Below are positions 25,436 to 27,354 of a DNA stretch of 27,354 bases, piece by piece. The translations under genes and the position numbers were made by a program. The stretch is from a virus (lineage: Duplodnaviria > Caudoviricetes), in the IMG/VR virus record IMGVR_UViG_3300013093_000215, positions 1 through 27,354 of that record. The stretch is one strand, 5' to 3'. The first letter of the stretch is position 1. Every line of letters begins with the position of its first letter. A model generated the notes under the pieces. The model worked only from the letters and a program-made list of their open reading frames with translations. It had not been told where the DNA came from and did no database searches.

Positions 25436-26409
25436 GGTATGTAACCTTCTCCAATTAAAATTGTGTTGTCTGGGCTGTCCGTTTCTATATGTATGCACAT
25501 TTCGGACGGGATTTTTCGTATTCCGATGATGTATCTTCTTGCGTTATGCACTCGAATGGGCGGCGAGGCCTGATTCTCAATCAATTTATGCCTCGTCCTA
25601 AATGTCAATGTATAATTTTTCAACTGCTCATTGAAAAGAAGTTTACTTTTATTGCCTAGTGACTCAACCAGTCCCTGGATTTGCAGGACAGTCCCGTAAT
25701 GATAGTCCGTAATCCTGAAGTGGTCCTTGGTAGGGTTGTACTGGTTTGGTTTGCCCTGCACGATACCACTCAGTAACTCCATCCGCTGTTCGTGACTGGC
25801 TAGTAGGTAGTTGTTTGGGATCTTGGTTATGACATCCGGAAAGAACTGGTCCGCAATATCTGGCTTGGTCGTAAACTCCCGCTTACCGTTCTGCATCTTG
25901 TAGCCGGATATGATCTGATACCCATTGACCGGAAAAGCCTGCAGGTCTACGTTATCGGGGCATAGCATGGACCCATTCGGTCTGCGGTTCATGTACCAGA
26001 AACCAAAGATCCATGGTGGCACCGGCAGGAATTGATGCGGTAACTCCAGGGGCCTCGCGGTCGGTACTGAGTAAATGAGACGGTCCCGTCCGTTTGTCAA
26101 TGCCGTCTCTAGGTGCTCAGATATCCTAAACTCTTGCAGTGGTCGCCTGAACTTGTACTTACCTTGGTATTGGTACGTTCTCTGTCTGTACTTTGGGTTC
26201 TCGACTGGTAGTCCCAGTCTCCCATCACCACATACGGATAGGTTATCATTGAACGTGACCTCATAGCAGGACTCTGGACGATACAGTTGAACCAACTCCA
26301 CTCTTGCCAGTTGTCCTTGTTTGGTAAATACATAATCGCCTTTTTGAACCGTACCCGCCAACTTCCAATAGTCTAGCGTCAATATCTTTTGCGTTACAGT
26401 AAATGCCAT
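25426..26409 (-). CDS. Free-standing degenerate intein-like protein (Hint + LAGLIDADG), without exteins
   Basis: Block A/N2-like AFTVTQKILT..YW.....VQKGDYVF, block B-like CYEVTFND, LAGLIDADG-like PPWIFGFWYMNR and RMELLSGIVQGK, and block F/G-like CIHIETDSPDNTILIGEGYIPCL*. Confidence 0.75.
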   Translation of the reverse strand: MAFTVTQKILTLDYWKLAGTVQKGDYVFTKQGQLARVELVQLYRPESCYEVTFNDNLSVCGDGRLGLPVENPKYRQRTYQYQGKYKFRRPLQEFRISEHLETALTNGRDRLIYSVPTARPLELPHQFLPVPPWIFGFWYMNRRPNGSMLCPDNVDLQAFPVNGYQIISGYKMQNGKREFTTKPDIADQFFPDVITKIPNNYLLASHEQRMELLSGIVQGKPNQYNPTKDHFRITDYHYGTVLQIQGLVESLGNKSKLLFNEQLKNYTLTFRTRHKLIENQASPPIRVHNARRYIIGIRKIPSEMCIHIETDSPDNTILIGEGYIPCL

Positions 26410-26418
26410 CTCTGCGTT

Positions 26419-26802
26419 TCAGCTTGGTATAGTGATATTAAGGTACTCAAGCACCTCATGCCTCTCGCTGTCTAGCATCTCTAACAAGTCCTCAAATGGT
26501 ATGCTCGGGTCAGCCTTTAACTCGTCTCGGATCTTAAAGTAGTCAGACTTTGCCCTTGGGTGCGTCTTGAAAAAGTAAGAGCTCCCCCGGGGCAAACGGT
26601 CGGACCTGCGCACGTATCCTTTGCGCTTGCCCTTAGCGTTGTTATTCAACTGTTTTGCCATAGAGTCCGGCGTCAACCAGATCTCCTTAAAGAAGCCGTC
26701 TCGCTTCACGATGTTGGTGTAGGCAAAGAAAAGTTTGTTGTCTTTGGCCCTGGTATCATGACGATAGAACGGGTTTCCAGTTTTTGGGTTGATTCGTTTC
26801 AT
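26419..26802 (-). CDS. Hypothetical protein sharing its N-terminal domain with the 3374..3748 HNH-like protein
   Basis: MKRINPKTGNPF...F..Y...VKRDGFFKEIW versus MKRLNPETGMPF...F..Y...VKKDGYFAENW; AAGGA SD. Confidence 0.75.
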   Translation of the reverse strand: MKRINPKTGNPFYRHDTRAKDNKLFFAYTNIVKRDGFFKEIWLTPDSMAKQLNNNAKGKRKGYVRRSDRLPRGSSYFFKTHPRAKSDYFKIRDELKADPSIPFEDLLEMLDSERHEVLEYLNITIPS

Positions 26803-26820
26803 CTAATATCCTTATACGTA

Positions 26821-26857
26821 TATCTATAATAATGCACGTATATCGAGGTTATGCCCC
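26821..26857 (-). promoter_or_regulatory. Putative phage late promoter, copy E
   Basis: GGGGC-N16-TGCATTATTATAGATA at the head of the late operon. Confidence 0.75.
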
Positions 26858-26876
26858 AAATCTCTGCGTTTCTAAG

Positions 26877-27113
26877 AAGTATATTGATAACAGTCTGTAT
26901 AAAAAATAGGCAGTCAGGATAACTTCAATATACTTTCAAATTTTGACGATTGTAACTTGTTGATTCCATTGGGGATTTATCGGTATATTGATAACAGACA
27001 CAGTAGTACCCCTCTTTTATATTAATTAATTAATTAATTAATTAAATAAATAAAATATTTAGGTGGGTTTAAATTGGAAATACCCATACTACCCAGACTG
27101 TTATCAATATACC
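26877..27113. repeat. Iteron-like repeats (core GTATATTGATAACAG) in direct and inverted orientation around an AT-rich tract
   Basis: Copies at 26879-26897 (+), 26982-26997 (+) and 27094-27113 (-), with a partial copy at 26925-26935 (-); (ATTA)n tract at about 27015-27060. Confidence 0.8.
26953..26965 (-). promoter_or_regulatory. IHF-binding consensus site
   Basis: TAACTTGTTGATT is the reverse complement of a perfect WATCAANNNNTTR match. Confidence 0.55.
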
Positions 27114-27310
27114 TTTTCTATGTGTTTGAAAAAATATAAAAAACCATACGTTATTCCGGCATTTAACCAAAAAATTCAAACGAGCTTGGGTTTTGTGGGG
27201 CCCCCGGCGCCGAGGCTCGGCATGGGACCCTAAATGGAGGGTCGCTATAGGACTAAAGGGGGCCCTCAAAGGAGGGTTGGCACGGTTCTTGCATCCTAGC
27301 ACGATCTACG

Positions 27311-27354
27311 CCTATCAGCCTGGCCCGCATCTTGCTTCCACCTATCAGCCTGGC
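27311..27354. repeat. 14-bp direct repeat CCTATCAGCCTGGC (27311-27324 and 27341-27354), cut by the window end
   Basis: Exact match, 30 nt period. Confidence 0.65.

Larger units (their letters stand above)
26408..26872. repeat. 13-bp direct repeat ATCTCTGCGTTTC at 26408-26420 and 26860-26872
   Basis: Exact match read from the sequence. Confidence 0.75.

Noticed and set aside
3374-25498. ORF-track start positions for 3374..3826, 3855..4436, 8588..8815, 9878..10138, 14804..15364 and 23990..25498
   Set aside because: Downstream ATGs (3748, 4373, 8794, 10054, 15334, 25435) have SD sequences or stop-start coupling and avoid overlaps.
25426-25498. Active intein fused to TerL through a frameshift
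   Set aside because: I found no His-Asn followed by C/S/T at the junction in the intein or terL frame, there is no N-extein, and terL has its own plausible start.
392-26333. Short alternative-frame minus-strand ORFs (392..598, 1906..2094, 5049..5234, 5848..6072, 6069..6518, 15325..15549, 20453..20788 and others)
   Set aside because: They are nested in or overlap better-supported genes or regulatory elements and show no motifs.
2511-26829. Numerous plus-strand ORFs (e.g. 2792..3418, 11426..11839, 21100..21564, 22126..22581, 24207..24596)
   Set aside because: They lie antisense to well-supported minus-strand genes, carry no recognisable motifs, and are explained as codon-bias shadows.
27069-27302. 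77-aa minus-strand ORF
   Set aside because: It crosses the repeat/palindrome region, lacks an ATG start or motifs, and is probably non-coding.
26877-27354. CRISPR array
   Set aside because: The repeats are short (14-20 bp), irregularly spaced and partly inverted, and no cas genes are present.
1-27354. tRNA, rRNA, integrase, or stop-codon reassignment
   Set aside because: None was seen; genes tile densely under the standard code.

Overview
This window is the late (virion morphogenesis and lysis) module of a tailed dsDNA phage with a podovirus-like layout, and all credible genes lie on the minus strand. In transcription order (right to left) it contains: a non-coding control region with repeats, an IHF-type site and an AT-rich tract; a small protein with an N-terminal domain also seen on a degenerate HNH gene; a free-standing, degenerate intein-like (Hint + LAGLIDADG) gene; terminase large subunit; a protein carrying an ADP-ribosyltransferase-like domain; portal; GroES; scaffold; major capsid protein; an extremely acidic moron protein; structural proteins; a long collagen-containing tail fibre followed by three receptor-binding/chaperone pairs, one invaded by an HNH gene; a tail-collar fibre; holin and GH24 endolysin; a degenerate HNH gene; small basic proteins; and two paralogous adaptor-like proteins. 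The most notable signals are five copies of a bipartite promoter-like motif (GGGC-N16/17-TGCATTANTATWNATA), the extein-less intein overlapping terL, a recurring x-[AK]-x-GG peptide motif that brackets the ART domain, an HNH insertion that duplicated its target gene's 3' end, and an origin- or packaging-site-like repeat array. All calls come from motif recognition by eye; no database searches were run.
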